A DNA stretch of 64,000 nucleotides from Asticcacaulis sp. (GCF_035497195.1 NZ_DATJDZ010000016.1:23-64022); one strand, 5' to 3'; counted from the stretch's first letter, positions 52,816 to 62,416 are shown. Notes: generated by a model not told the origin, from the sequence alone. Numbers and translations are program-made.

Positions 52816-53841
52816 TTAATAACGAACCTCGGTCCAGATGCCGATTTCGTTGTTGGTGGTCTTGTGGCCGATCGAGGTCACTTCGTCATGCTTGATGACA
52901 GCGGCGAACGACACGCCCTTGAAGGCGGCGAAGGAAACGCCAGCGTTGTAGTACTGGTCCTTCTTGGAAGGCGAGAGGGTCTTGGAAGGCTTCACTTCTT
53001 CAGCGCGACCAAAGACGGTGTAAACCGGAGTCAGGCGGTAGGAACCAAAGACCGAATAACCATCAGCCTTGTCTTCCTTGAGCGGATCCTTGACCAGGGC
53101 GGCGGAGTAGTCGTTGGCGGCGAAATATTCGACGCCAATGCGGCCACGCTCGCCGACATAGGCGGCCAGGGCATCAACGCGGGTAGCGGTGTTCGGCGTG
53201 GCGACACCGGCGACTTCCTGGCCGAGCTTGCCGGTGTAACCACCGATACCGAAGTTCCACTGGTCGAACTTGGCGCTCAGGCGGCCTTCAAAGTCCATGC
53301 CCTTCGAACGGGTCGGGTTCTTGTAGCCGGCGCCATTGACGGCGGCCACGGCGTAGGAGAAGTTGCCGCCGAACTTACCCGAAGCGTGCAGGCCCCAGTC
53401 AGCCGAGGTAGCGACCTTCACCCGGTCGGCCACAGTGTTTTCAACATAACGATAACCGTAGATGTCTTCGGCGTAAGGCACCCAGGGCATATCCGTAGCA
53501 CCGACGCGCACAACGAAGGCGTCGTTGAACTTGGCTTGCAGGTAGGCCTTCTTGAGGTAGATTTCGGTCGAGCTGATTTCCGACTTGTACTGGAAATCGG
53601 TCGTCACATTGGCCGAGAACATGTCGTTGAAGCTATGATCAATGCCGATATAAAGGCGCTTGATGTCGAAGCCCGTGCCCGACGGCGCCGCTTCAACGCC
53701 ATCGACGGTGTTGTCGATATTGGAGAAGTCGGCATACATCCGGCCCGAGATCTTCGTATCCTGCGCCGAGGCGCCGGAAACGATGGCGACCATCGCAAAA
53801 GCGGCGGCGGCCACGCCGATAACGAGAGACGATTTTTTCAT
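52816..53841 (-). CDS. Outer-membrane porin, probably Pho-regulated
   Basis: From MKKSSLVIGVAAAAFAMVAIVSGASAQD. Alternating beta-strand pattern and terminal ...IGIWTEVRY (C-terminal aromatic). Located directly upstream of pstS. The track ORF extends to 53952. Confidence 0.7.
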   Translation of the reverse strand: MKKSSLVIGVAAAAFAMVAIVSGASAQDTKISGRMYADFSNIDNTVDGVEAAPSGTGFDIKRLYIGIDHSFNDMFSANVTTDFQYKSEISSTEIYLKKAYLQAKFNDAFVVRVGATDMPWVPYAEDIYGYRYVENTVADRVKVATSADWGLHASGKFGGNFSYAVAAVNGAGYKNPTRSKGMDFEGRLSAKFDQWNFGIGGYTGKLGQEVAGVATPNTATRVDALAAYVGERGRIGVEYFAANDYSAALVKDPLKEDKADGYSVFGSYRLTPVYTVFGRAEEVKPSKTLSPSKKDQYYNAGVSFAAFKGVSFAAVIKHDEVTSIGHKTTNNEIGIWTEVRY

Positions 53842-53923
53842 GGTGAAATTACCTTGTGCGTGTGCTTGTAATTTTTTGAACCCCGAACAGCCAGGGCCAC
53901 GCACGGCGCAATAGGCGCGCTCT

Positions 53924-53962
53924 GTGACAGTCGCGTGTAGCTTGCTTGACACTTATGTGACG
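53924..53962 (-). promoter_or_regulatory. Pho-box-like phased TGTCA repeats upstream of the porin gene
   Basis: The minus strand reads CGTCAcataagTGTCAagcaagCTACAcgcgacTGTCAcag. The pentamers start every 11 bp (53962, 53951, 53940, 53929), 85-120 nt upstream of ATG 53841. Confidence 0.55.
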
Positions 53963-54091
53963 ACCGTCTTTACACGGCCTTTACAAGTCAGAGCGCTGCG
54001 GACTGCGTTATAAACATCACAGTTCTTAACCTGTAACCCAATCCGGATTTCGAGCGTATAAGTCTCGGTAAGTCATTTACGGAGTGTCATT

Positions 54092-54559
54092 ATGTTACGC
54101 CGTCATTTTCTCTCCCTGGCTGGAATTGGTGCTTTAGCCGCCGCCTGTTCGCGCAGCGAAGCCGAAACGATCGCGTCCCTGAAGCTCAGCGACGCCGAAT
54201 GGAAAAAGCGCCTGTCGCCCGCCGCCTATAACGTGCTGCGCCGCGCGGCGACCGAGCGCCCCGGCTCCAGCCCTTTGCTTAATGAGCATCGCAAGGGAAT
54301 CTTCGCCTGTATCGGCTGCGACCTGGCCCTGTTCAATTCCGACGCCAAGTTCGAATCGGGCACCGGCTGGCCCAGCTTCTTCCGCGCCATTCCCGGCCAC
54401 CTGCAAACCAGAACTGATTTCGCCATCGGCATTCCGCGCACCGAATATCACTGCGCCCGTTGTGGCGGTCACCACGGCCACCTGTTCGATGATGGCCCCG
54501 CCCCCACCGGAAAGCGCTATTGCAACAATGGCGTCGCCTTGAAATTTATTCCCGCTTAG
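54092..54559 (+). CDS. msrB: Peptide-methionine (R)-S-oxide reductase with Tat/lipoprotein-type leader
   Basis: 155 aa. Leader MLRRHFLSLAGIGALAAAC. Zinc CxxC pairs (CIGCDLALF, CARCGGHHGHLF). Catalytic RYCNNG. Confidence 0.88.
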   Translation: MLRRHFLSLAGIGALAAACSRSEAETIASLKLSDAEWKKRLSPAAYNVLRRAATERPGSSPLLNEHRKGIFACIGCDLALFNSDAKFESGTGWPSFFRAIPGHLQTRTDFAIGIPRTEYHCARCGGHHGHLFDDGPAPTGKRYCNNGVALKFIPA

Positions 54560-54568
54560 GAGGCCCAG

Positions 54569-55171
54569 ATGCTGAGACGACTGTTTGTGACAAGTATTCT
54601 GGCCCTGAGTTTTGCCGGCAATGCCCTCGCCGCCGCGCCGCAGGTGGCCGTCTTCGCCGGCGGCTGCTTCTGGAGTACGCAAAAGGCTTTCGACCATGTG
54701 AAGGGCGTGAGCAATACCCGCGCCGGCTTTATGGGCGGTTCGGTGAAAAACCCCAGCTATGAGGATGTAATCGGCGGCGGCACCGGCCATGTCGAAGCGG
54801 TGGAAGTCACATACGATCCCGACAAGGTGACGTATAACCAGTTGCTCGATGTCTTCTGGCATTCGACCGACCCGACGACCAGGGCGCGCGTCATCTGCGA
54901 CGGCGGCGATAATTACCGCACGGCCATCTTCACCTTCTCGGACGCGCAATATGCCGCGGCGGTCAATTCAAAGATCGCGGTCGGCAAGCAACTGAACAAG
55001 CCGATCTATACGCTGGTGGTCAAATCGACCCAGACCGGCCTGCCCTTCTATCCGGCGGAAGATTATCACCAGCACTACTGGCAGACCCACGCCGCGCACT
55101 ACAACGCCTATTATAACGGCTGCGGCCGTGGCCCGGCATTGAAGAAGCTGTGGGGCGATCAGGCGGGGTAA
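54569..55171 (+). CDS. msrA: Peptide-methionine (S)-S-oxide reductase with signal peptide
   Basis: 200 aa. Leader MLRRLFVTSILALSFAGNALA. Catalytic GGCFWSTQ, GHVEAVEVTYDP, YHQHYW. Confidence 0.88.
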   Translation: MLRRLFVTSILALSFAGNALAAAPQVAVFAGGCFWSTQKAFDHVKGVSNTRAGFMGGSVKNPSYEDVIGGGTGHVEAVEVTYDPDKVTYNQLLDVFWHSTDPTTRARVICDGGDNYRTAIFTFSDAQYAAAVNSKIAVGKQLNKPIYTLVVKSTQTGLPFYPAEDYHQHYWQTHAAHYNAYYNGCGRGPALKKLWGDQAG

Positions 55172-55176
55172 TCTTT

Positions 55177-55203
55177 ATCCTCCCCTGCAAAGCGGGGGAG
55201 GAT
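55177..55203. repeat. CCTCCCC/GGGGAGG hairpin between convergent genes (probable terminator)
   Basis: atcctcccc-tgcaaagcg-ggggaggat: perfect 9-bp stem, 6 nt after the msrA stop and 6 nt before the GH2 stop. Confidence 0.7.
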
Positions 55204-55208
55204 TGAAG

Positions 55209-57683
55209 TCAGGCCGACCTCAACACCACCTTGCTCCCGCTCAGCCCCTCAGCACTCGCGGCGACCGTAATCCCGCCCGCGCCGGTGACCTGCACAATAG
55301 CACAGCACAGCCCGTTGAACGCCTTGCGCTCAGACGCCTTGTCCGCTTCATGGCTGTTCGGATTACCATTGCCGACGCCAATCACAGCACCTGGTCCCGA
55401 CACAGCAAACCGGATCAGATTATCCGCCTTCGGCACCGGACGGCCTTTCGCATCGAACACCTCCGCCTTGATCACCGTGCAATCCATGCCGTCATTGACA
55501 AGCGCCGTGCGGTCGGTCGTCAGCACCACCTTCGCCGGCGCGCCCGCCGTTTCGCGCTTGTCCTTCAGGATCACCTTGCCTGCCTTGTAAGCGAAGGCTT
55601 CGATCCTGCCCGGCTGATACGGCACGACCCATTCGACGTGCAAATCCTTTGTGACCGTCTTGCGACCGGCCGACTTGCCATTGACGAACAGTTCAACCTC
55701 ATCGGCATTGCTGTGCGCCCAGACCGAAATATCCTGCCCTTCCTTGCCTTCCCAGTTCCAATGCGGGAAGAGGTGCAGCAGGGGTTCCGGCTGCCACCAG
55801 GCGCGATAATACCAGTAGTTGTCTTTCGGGAAGCCGCAGGTATCAAGCGCGCCGAATTGCGACGAGATGCTGGGCCATGAGCTATAGGGCGTCGGCTCGC
55901 CGCGATAATCGAAACCGGTCCAGATAAAGCCGCCGGCGATATAGGGTTTGGCGTCGAAATGCGGCCACCAGCCTTCGGCGGTCGTGGCCCACCACGGCGC
56001 GGTCGTATCATAGGCCGGCACGATATGGGCGGCGTCATCCTTGATATATTCGCCGCGCGTCGAAACGGTCGAGGCCGTTTCCGTGCCGATGATCGGCAGG
56101 TTCGGATATTTGGCGTGGAAGTCGTCGATCAGGTGGTCGCGGTAATTGAAGCCGATAACGTCGATCACCTCAGTGATGCCCTCGCCATAGCCGTTATCCA
56201 TCGCCGCCGTGATCAGGCGCGTCGGGTCCAGTTCATTGCACAGGCGCTTCATGGTGCGGGCGATATGGGCGCCGCGCTCGGTGCCCTGCTGCGGTTCCTC
56301 ATTGCCGATCGACCAGAGGATGACCGACGGGTGATTGCGGTCGCGTCTGATCAGGGTTTCCAGTTGCGCCAGACCTTCCGGCGACGAGGTCATCATGCGC
56401 GTTTCGTCGATGACCAGTATGCCCATTTCGTCGCACAGGTCGAGCAATTCAGGTGTCGGCGGATTGTGCGAGGCGCGATAGGCGTTGCAGCCCATGTCCT
56501 TCAGTTGCTGCAAGCGCCAGCGTTGCAGGGCGTCAGGGATAGCCGCGCCGACCCCGGTATGGTCCTGGTGATTGCAGGTGCCCTTGAGCTTGACGGACTT
56601 GTCATTGAGGAAAAAGCCGGTTTGCGCATCGAACCTGATGTCGCGGAAGCCGAAGCGGGTAGAAACCAGATCGACATTTAAATCGTCTAACCACAGATTG
56701 CTATTGATGAAATAAAGGTGCGGCTCTTCCAGAGACCAAAGCGCAGGCTTGTCGACCTTTATGTGATGCACCACTTCAGCAGAACCCCAGGCGGCAAGTT
56801 CGACTGAAGAATCATCATAGGTGTTCGGATTACTGGAAGGCATATCCTGGTAATGAACAGACGACGAAACCCGGACCTTCTGCGATACGTTTGAATCGTT
56901 CCGCACCGTCGTCGCGACCTCGACCGTGCCGTCGGTCTTCGCCCGAACACAGACGCCGTATTGCGGGATATGCACCGGGTTTGTATTGACCAGCCAGACA
57001 TGGCGGTAGATGCCGGCACCTTCGTAAAACCAGCCCTCGCCCAGCGACGCATCGACGCGCACCAGAACCGTATTCGGCGTGTCGTCGGTGTTGAGGAAGT
57101 CATTCAGTTCGACGCGGAAAGGTGTATAGCCGCTGTCATTGCGCTTTACGATGTAGCCATTGATGACCACCATCGCATCACGGAATACGCCATCGAATTC
57201 CAGCGAAATGCGCTTGCCTTTATCGGTGGCCTCAAGCGTGAACGTCTTCCGATACCAGCCGACGCTGGTTTCCGGATAGTCGCGGCCGAGCGGCTTGTAA
57301 CCGTGATTGGCGGCCGGGTCCCACACCGCGCCATGATCATCCGGCTTGAGCGGTATCTTCGGTTCCTTGTGCACGAACGGCAGCTCCACTGCCCAGTCGT
57401 GCGGCAGGGTGACCGGCCGCCACTGAGAGTCATCATAATCCGCCTTGGCCACCGGTGTGGCGTCTATGCCCTGCTTGGCATAGGTGCGCAGATCGCCACC
57501 GTAGCCGAAATCCTTTTCCACATCATTGAGGTGGCCAAAAGCGAAGCGCCAGCCGGTATCGAAACGCGTGCGGCGATCGTCTTGCCTGATCGTCTCGGTT
57601 TGTGCCTGCGAAGTCCCCGCTTGAATGGCAACAAAAGTAGCGGCGGTGCCGGCCAGCAGATGGCGGCGGTTCAGTTCCAGCAT
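55209..57683 (-). CDS. Exported glycoside hydrolase family 2 (beta-galactosidase-like)
   Basis: 824 aa. Tat leader MLELNRRHLLAGTAATFVAIQAGTSQAQ. Contains FDGVFRDAMVVINGY, YRASHNPP, acid/base ILWSIGNEE and the nucleophile region IIGTETAS. Confidence 0.85.
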   Translation of the reverse strand: MLELNRRHLLAGTAATFVAIQAGTSQAQTETIRQDDRRTRFDTGWRFAFGHLNDVEKDFGYGGDLRTYAKQGIDATPVAKADYDDSQWRPVTLPHDWAVELPFVHKEPKIPLKPDDHGAVWDPAANHGYKPLGRDYPETSVGWYRKTFTLEATDKGKRISLEFDGVFRDAMVVINGYIVKRNDSGYTPFRVELNDFLNTDDTPNTVLVRVDASLGEGWFYEGAGIYRHVWLVNTNPVHIPQYGVCVRAKTDGTVEVATTVRNDSNVSQKVRVSSSVHYQDMPSSNPNTYDDSSVELAAWGSAEVVHHIKVDKPALWSLEEPHLYFINSNLWLDDLNVDLVSTRFGFRDIRFDAQTGFFLNDKSVKLKGTCNHQDHTGVGAAIPDALQRWRLQQLKDMGCNAYRASHNPPTPELLDLCDEMGILVIDETRMMTSSPEGLAQLETLIRRDRNHPSVILWSIGNEEPQQGTERGAHIARTMKRLCNELDPTRLITAAMDNGYGEGITEVIDVIGFNYRDHLIDDFHAKYPNLPIIGTETASTVSTRGEYIKDDAAHIVPAYDTTAPWWATTAEGWWPHFDAKPYIAGGFIWTGFDYRGEPTPYSSWPSISSQFGALDTCGFPKDNYWYYRAWWQPEPLLHLFPHWNWEGKEGQDISVWAHSNADEVELFVNGKSAGRKTVTKDLHVEWVVPYQPGRIEAFAYKAGKVILKDKRETAGAPAKVVLTTDRTALVNDGMDCTVIKAEVFDAKGRPVPKADNLIRFAVSGPGAVIGVGNGNPNSHEADKASERKAFNGLCCAIVQVTGAGGITVAASAEGLSGSKVVLRSA

Positions 57684-57715
57684 GGCGGTTCCTCGTGGTT
57701 TTTACAGATACAATG

Positions 57716-57750
57716 ATGGCCGGACCTTGATGAGGTCAAGACCCGGCCAT
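57716..57750 (-). other. Stem-loop between the TonB-dependent receptor and GH2 genes
   Basis: atggccgg-a-ccttga...tcaag-ac-ccggccat: 8 bp + 5 bp helices separated by a 2x2 internal loop. Confidence 0.5.
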
Positions 57751-57765
57751 GAGATAGATTGGAAA

Positions 57766-57880
57766 GCAAAATACCCCACCCCCGCATCTAACCGCTTCGC
57801 GGTGTCGTGCGGTCCCCCTCCCCAGTTTACTGGGGAGGGGGACCGCGCCTCTCTTGAGGCGGGGTGGTGGGGTATCTTAC
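57766..57880. repeat. Nested-palindrome intergenic element (REP/MITE-like), long copy B
   Basis: Outer arms ataccccacc...ggtggggtat. Inner arms GGTCCCCCTCCCC-agtttac-tGGGGAGGGGGACC. The right end ggtggtggggtatctt(a)ct matches copy A (3292-3309) and again ends flush with a minus-strand stop codon (57882). Confidence 0.8.
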
Positions 57881-57881
57881 T

Positions 57882-60743
57882 TTAGTATTTAAACGTCAGA
57901 TCGAGCAGGTAGCGCTTGCCGTAAAGGTCATAGCGCCCCAGACGATCCGGCTCGTTGTCGTTATAGGTCCGCAGCGGCGTATCGAGCAGGTTGTTGGCCT
58001 GGAAACGCACCTGGATCGTCGGGTTGATCTGGTAGCTGATCGAGAAGTCCATCGTCGTTTCCGGACGGACGCGGATCAGCTGTGAATCGTCCCAGCCATA
58101 TATGGCGGTATATTCCGAGTGATACTTGGTGCCGAGGCGGGCATCGATGCCATGGTCGGAATACCAGAAATCGACCGCCGCCGTGTCACGCGCCAAGCCA
58201 TTGAGCGGCAGGCCCGCCGACATTTCCGTCAGATCGGAATCGACATAGGCATAGTTGGAATAGATGCCGAACTTATCAAGCCCGATAAAGCCGAATGACG
58301 ACTGGTAGGTCAGTTCCACCCCGTCGATCCGTCCGCCCTTGGCCGAATTGACCGGCGAGGTCAGGGTATAGACATTGCCGTTGATCGTTTCCTGGCGCGT
58401 GGCGTAACCGACGAAATTGCTGACATCCTTGTGGTAGGCGCTGATGGCGAACAGGGCGTCCTTGTTGAAGTAGTTTTCGTAAGAGATATCGATCTGCGTC
58501 GCCTCGAACGGCTTCAGGTACGGATTGCCCGATGCGCCGGTATAGGGCGCGGTCGAGGAAATCTGCCGGGTGATGATCATGTCGTTCAGCGGCGGACGCG
58601 AAATCACCTTGGCGGCGGAGAGCTTCAGATACTGGCCATTGCCGAAATCGAGGCGCGCGGTGGCTGAAGGCAATACCTTCGAATAGCTGGTGCCGCCGGT
58701 CGCCGGCGTGGTAATCATGGCCTGAACCCAGTTCCCCGGCGTGGCTTCGTACCAGTCGCCGGCAATCGTCGAGGTGCCGGCCGAATCGGCATCGACATCG
58801 AGGAAGCGCACGCCGATATTGCCATCCACCGGAATGCCGCCGAGCGTGGTGGCGTATGTGCCCTCGACATAGGCTTCCGCCACCTTTTCCTTAACCCGAT
58901 CGGTGATCGGCGTGGTCTTCGGATCGATATCAAACGAGGTGCCGTAGAGATGCGTTGCCAGCGCGCCGAAATTACCGGTCAGGATGGTCGGGATGTCGAA
59001 ATTCTTGAAGCTGTAGGACGACAGCAGGTAATCAGGCAGGGCGCCGATGATCGGCGATACCGTGCCGTCGAGCGAACCCAGCGCCTTGGTGCGGTCGGAG
59101 ACGCGCGCGCCGAACAGAACGCTCTTGAAGAAACCGCTATCGAAATGCCGTTCGGCGTCAAGATGGATGGCGCCCAGTTCGTCGGTGACGGCGCCAAGCG
59201 ACGTCTGGCCGCCTTGCGCGGTCTGAACATTGTCTTCCGGGGCCGACGAGACGGTGATGACCGGCTTGCCGCGGAAATCATAGGTCATCAGGCTCGGCCA
59301 GTAGGCGAATTCGTTGGCCGCCCACAGGTTATAGCGCTGCGCCTTGGAATAGGAGGCGTCGGCCGAGACCGTCCAGTGCTCGGTGGTCCACTTGCCGTTC
59401 AGCCCCTGGACGATAAGGGTCTTGTCCTCAGTGTAGCGCGCTACCACCGACTTGTCGCCGGCCCAGGCCACCGAAGCGGCCACCACATCGCCATTGCTGT
59501 TGATGACGGGCGCGTGGCCGGAAGCCGTCGCGCCATCGACATAGTTGGACAGGTTGCCGCCGTCCCAGTTGCCCCAGGCGCCATCGCCATACCAGGCCTG
59601 ATCCTGCAATTCGTCGATCTTGATATCGGAATAGAGCAGGTCATAGCTGAGCTGGAAGTTGTCGGACGGACGGTATTGCAGGCCGAGCGAGGCCCCGATA
59701 CGCGATTCCTTCAGGCGCTTGGCCTCGGCCTGCGCACCCCACGGCGTATTGTACTTTGTGGCGTCACCGGCGATTACAGCGCCATTGTTGCCGCCGGAAT
59801 TGTAGCCCCAGCCCTGCACCGACTCGTAACCGTTCTTCTGGACCTGCGAGGTCAGGCCGACAACCGCGGCGAACTGGTCGGAAAAGCGATGCACCAGCGA
59901 GGCCGAGGCGCGATACCCCATGCCGTCATAATCAGGGAAGGCCGAGCCGCCATCATAATAGACCGGGCCGGCGCGCAGCACGAAATTCGGCCCCTTGTAA
60001 TCGAGCGGACGGATTGTTTGCAGATCGACCGTGCCGGAAATGCCGCCGGAAATCAGCTTGGCCTCCGAGGATTTATAGACCGAAGCGCCGGAAATGACTT
60101 CCGACGGATAGACTTCCCAGCGCACATTACGATCGGGTTCGGAGGACGCCACTTCGCGGCCGTTCACCGTGCCCAGCACCATGCGCGCACCGAGGCCACG
60201 GATCGAAGCCTGTGAATCATTGCCGCGGTCGCGCGTCGCCATCACGCCCGGCAGGCGGTTGAGGGTTTCGGCGATGGTGACGTCCGGTAGCGCGCCGATA
60301 TCCTTGGAGGAAATGGCTTCGACAATGCCTGTATTGCGGCGCTTGACGTCGAGCGCGTCACGCAGCGACTTGCGCATCCCGACCACGACCACTTCCTGCG
60401 GATCGGCTTCGGCAACCGGTTCGGCGGCGGAGGCGCGCACGATCACGGCGGACGTGCCGTCATTGGTCTTCAAGGTCAGGCCGGTATTGGCGATGAGCTG
60501 GTTCAGGGCCGCATCATTAGTCAGGCTGCCCGAAACGGCATTGGTCTGGATGCCCTGCAAATCGGAGGCGGTGGCCAGCACCTGCAAGCCGGATTGCTTG
60601 ACGAAGGCGGGGATGGCGGTGGCGGCGTCCTGCGCCGGAATATTGAAGGTTTTGGTTTGGGCCGCAGCTGGCTGCGCCGCCATCACGACGGCGGCGACCG
60701 ACCCCATGAGGGCGGTGCGGAAGGCGTTATTCCAGTATGACAT
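57882..60743 (-). CDS. TonB-dependent receptor with N-terminal signalling (STN) extension, i.e. a TonB-dependent transducer
   Basis: From MSYWNNAFRTALMGSVAAVVMAAQPAAAQ. STN-type domain (FNIPAQDAATAIPAFVKQSGLQVLATASDLQG...), plug (DVTIAETLNRLPGV), a long beta-barrel, and terminal ...YLLDLTFKY. The track ORF extends to 60866. Confidence 0.88.
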   Translation of the reverse strand: MSYWNNAFRTALMGSVAAVVMAAQPAAAQTKTFNIPAQDAATAIPAFVKQSGLQVLATASDLQGIQTNAVSGSLTNDAALNQLIANTGLTLKTNDGTSAVIVRASAAEPVAEADPQEVVVVGMRKSLRDALDVKRRNTGIVEAISSKDIGALPDVTIAETLNRLPGVMATRDRGNDSQASIRGLGARMVLGTVNGREVASSEPDRNVRWEVYPSEVISGASVYKSSEAKLISGGISGTVDLQTIRPLDYKGPNFVLRAGPVYYDGGSAFPDYDGMGYRASASLVHRFSDQFAAVVGLTSQVQKNGYESVQGWGYNSGGNNGAVIAGDATKYNTPWGAQAEAKRLKESRIGASLGLQYRPSDNFQLSYDLLYSDIKIDELQDQAWYGDGAWGNWDGGNLSNYVDGATASGHAPVINSNGDVVAASVAWAGDKSVVARYTEDKTLIVQGLNGKWTTEHWTVSADASYSKAQRYNLWAANEFAYWPSLMTYDFRGKPVITVSSAPEDNVQTAQGGQTSLGAVTDELGAIHLDAERHFDSGFFKSVLFGARVSDRTKALGSLDGTVSPIIGALPDYLLSSYSFKNFDIPTILTGNFGALATHLYGTSFDIDPKTTPITDRVKEKVAEAYVEGTYATTLGGIPVDGNIGVRFLDVDADSAGTSTIAGDWYEATPGNWVQAMITTPATGGTSYSKVLPSATARLDFGNGQYLKLSAAKVISRPPLNDMIITRQISSTAPYTGASGNPYLKPFEATQIDISYENYFNKDALFAISAYHKDVSNFVGYATRQETINGNVYTLTSPVNSAKGGRIDGVELTYQSSFGFIGLDKFGIYSNYAYVDSDLTEMSAGLPLNGLARDTAAVDFWYSDHGIDARLGTKYHSEYTAIYGWDDSQLIRVRPETTMDFSISYQINPTIQVRFQANNLLDTPLRTYNDNEPDRLGRYDLYGKRYLLDLTFKY

Positions 60744-60823
60744 GTGTGTTCCCTGAATTCTTGTTAGCGAGGGGCTTTTTCCCCTTCTCCAAACCAAGAT
60801 GCCCCGCCGGAAGTTTTCCGCCG

Positions 60824-60838
60824 AATTGTACGACAATT
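60824..60838. promoter_or_regulatory. Palindrome AATTGT-acg-ACAATT upstream of the receptor gene
   Basis: Perfect 6-bp arms with a 3-nt spacer, 81 nt upstream of ATG 60743 and 3 nt after the FecR stop. A near-identical site lies at 62503-62517. Confidence 0.45.
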
Positions 60839-60840
60839 TT

Positions 60841-61812
60841 TTAAAGGGCCGTCCCGGCTGTGCCAATTATGATACGGTCGTCATTCAGACTGACCGGCAC
60901 ATCGAGCGCCGCATGGACGGCGCGGGCAAAGGTTTCCGGCTGATCGACATGAAAGCCGCCGACCAGTTTCTGCGCGCCCAGGGCCGGATCGGAAATGACG
61001 ATCTGCCGCTCATTATAGCGGTTGAATTCGGCCACCGCCTCGGCCAGGGTTTCGGAATTGAGCACGATCTCGCGGTCGCGCCAGGCCAGTCTGCGCTCGA
61101 CCTCTTCGGGGCGGTAGGCCACCGCGACGGTTTCCGGCTTGAGCGGCACAAAGGCCTCATGCCCCGCCGTCAGCATGACGCGCTTGCCGGTATCGTTGAC
61201 GTTCCACGCCTCGACCGTGCCCTCGGTGACCAGCACATCTGCGCCATTTTCATGGCGGCGGACGCTGAAGGCCGTGCCGACCGCACGCACGCGGATATCC
61301 CCGGCGGAAACGACGAACGGCACGTCCGGGTTCTTCGCCACCTCGAACCATGCCTCGCCCCTGACCAGCGCCACATGGCGAATCTGCGGCGTCATATCGA
61401 CATCGATCTGGCTGTTCGTATTGACCGAGGCGACCGAGCGATCCCTGAGCGGCACACTGCGCAACTCGCCGACACGGGTGGCGACGCTCAATCGATTGGC
61501 CAGCACATAACCGACAGCAACCGCGCCGGTCAGCGAGGCCGCGACGGCGCCCCCCATGACGTAGCGACGACTGACGGATGCACGGTTGCGCTTCAATTTG
61601 CCCTCCAGCGCCCGACGCGCCAGCAGGGTATCACCGTGCGCCATCACCTGGGCGCGATCGAGCCTCATCCACGCCGCTTCGGCGCGCAAATATGCCCCCT
61701 GATGGCGCGGGTCCGCCTCATGCCAGGCCTCGAAAGCCTGCCGCGTCGTTACGCTGTCATCACCATTCAGCCGCGCGACCCACTGGGCCGCCGCCTCATC
61801 AATCCGCGACAT
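60841..61812 (-). CDS. FecR-family anti-sigma factor / sigma regulator
   Basis: 323 aa. N-terminal anti-sigma helix region (AAAQWVARLNGDD...AFEAWHEADPRHQGAYLRAEAAW), one TM (MGGAVAASLTGAVAVGYVLA), and a periplasmic FecR domain. Overlaps the sigma gene by 14 nt. Confidence 0.85.
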   Translation of the reverse strand: MSRIDEAAAQWVARLNGDDSVTTRQAFEAWHEADPRHQGAYLRAEAAWMRLDRAQVMAHGDTLLARRALEGKLKRNRASVSRRYVMGGAVAASLTGAVAVGYVLANRLSVATRVGELRSVPLRDRSVASVNTNSQIDVDMTPQIRHVALVRGEAWFEVAKNPDVPFVVSAGDIRVRAVGTAFSVRRHENGADVLVTEGTVEAWNVNDTGKRVMLTAGHEAFVPLKPETVAVAYRPEEVERRLAWRDREIVLNSETLAEAVAEFNRYNERQIVISDPALGAQKLVGGFHVDQPETFARAVHAALDVPVSLNDDRIIIGTAGTAL

Positions 61813-62416
61813 ATACCCTCATCCGGCCCGCTTTAGGCTTAAGCGCCGTCACCATCGCCGATCCTGTGCCGGCCATATGACGCAGGATCAGGCTCAATCC
61901 CCTGGCCGTTTCCTTTTCGACGATATTCTCACTGATGTGCAGCGCCTTTGCCGTTTCCGCCTGCGACAGGCCATGCACCTTGCGCAGTTCGAACACCTGC
62001 CGGCAGCGCTCCGGCAGCCCACTGATCAGGCCCAGCACCTGGGTCAGTTCGGCGCGTGAGGAGGCCGCGCTTTCGGGGCTTGGCCCAAGATCGGCCACGC
62101 CCAGTTCATCGAGATTCTGCACGGTCATGATCGACACCACCTTGCTGCGCCGGACCTGTTCGAGCAGGACATTGCGCGCCGAGCGGAAGAGATAGGCGCG
62201 CGGATCGTCGATATGATCGAAGCGTTCCATCCGCAGCAATCGGCAATAGACGTCCTGGACGATATCATCGAGTTCATGCGCCTTTACACCCAGTCGCAAC
62301 AGCCAATGGCGCAGGTCTGCCTCATGCGGCAGGATCTGCGTGCCAACAAAAGCCAGAAGCGCCTGACGCGCTTGCCCGCCAGGCAGATTTGCTCCCTTAT
62401 GTACGATGTTTGCCAT
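61799..62416 (-). CDS. ECF (sigma-70 group IV) sigma factor, FecI-like
   Basis: 205 aa. Region 2 (DIVQDVYCRLL...PRAYLFRSARNVLLEQVRRSK) and region 4 HTH (LPERCRQVFELRKVHGLSQAETAKALHISENIVEKETARGL). Confidence 0.88.
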   Translation of the reverse strand: MANIVHKGANLPGGQARQALLAFVGTQILPHEADLRHWLLRLGVKAHELDDIVQDVYCRLLRMERFDHIDDPRAYLFRSARNVLLEQVRRSKVVSIMTVQNLDELGVADLGPSPESAASSRAELTQVLGLISGLPERCRQVFELRKVHGLSQAETAKALHISENIVEKETARGLSLILRHMAGTGSAMVTALKPKAGRMRVYVAD

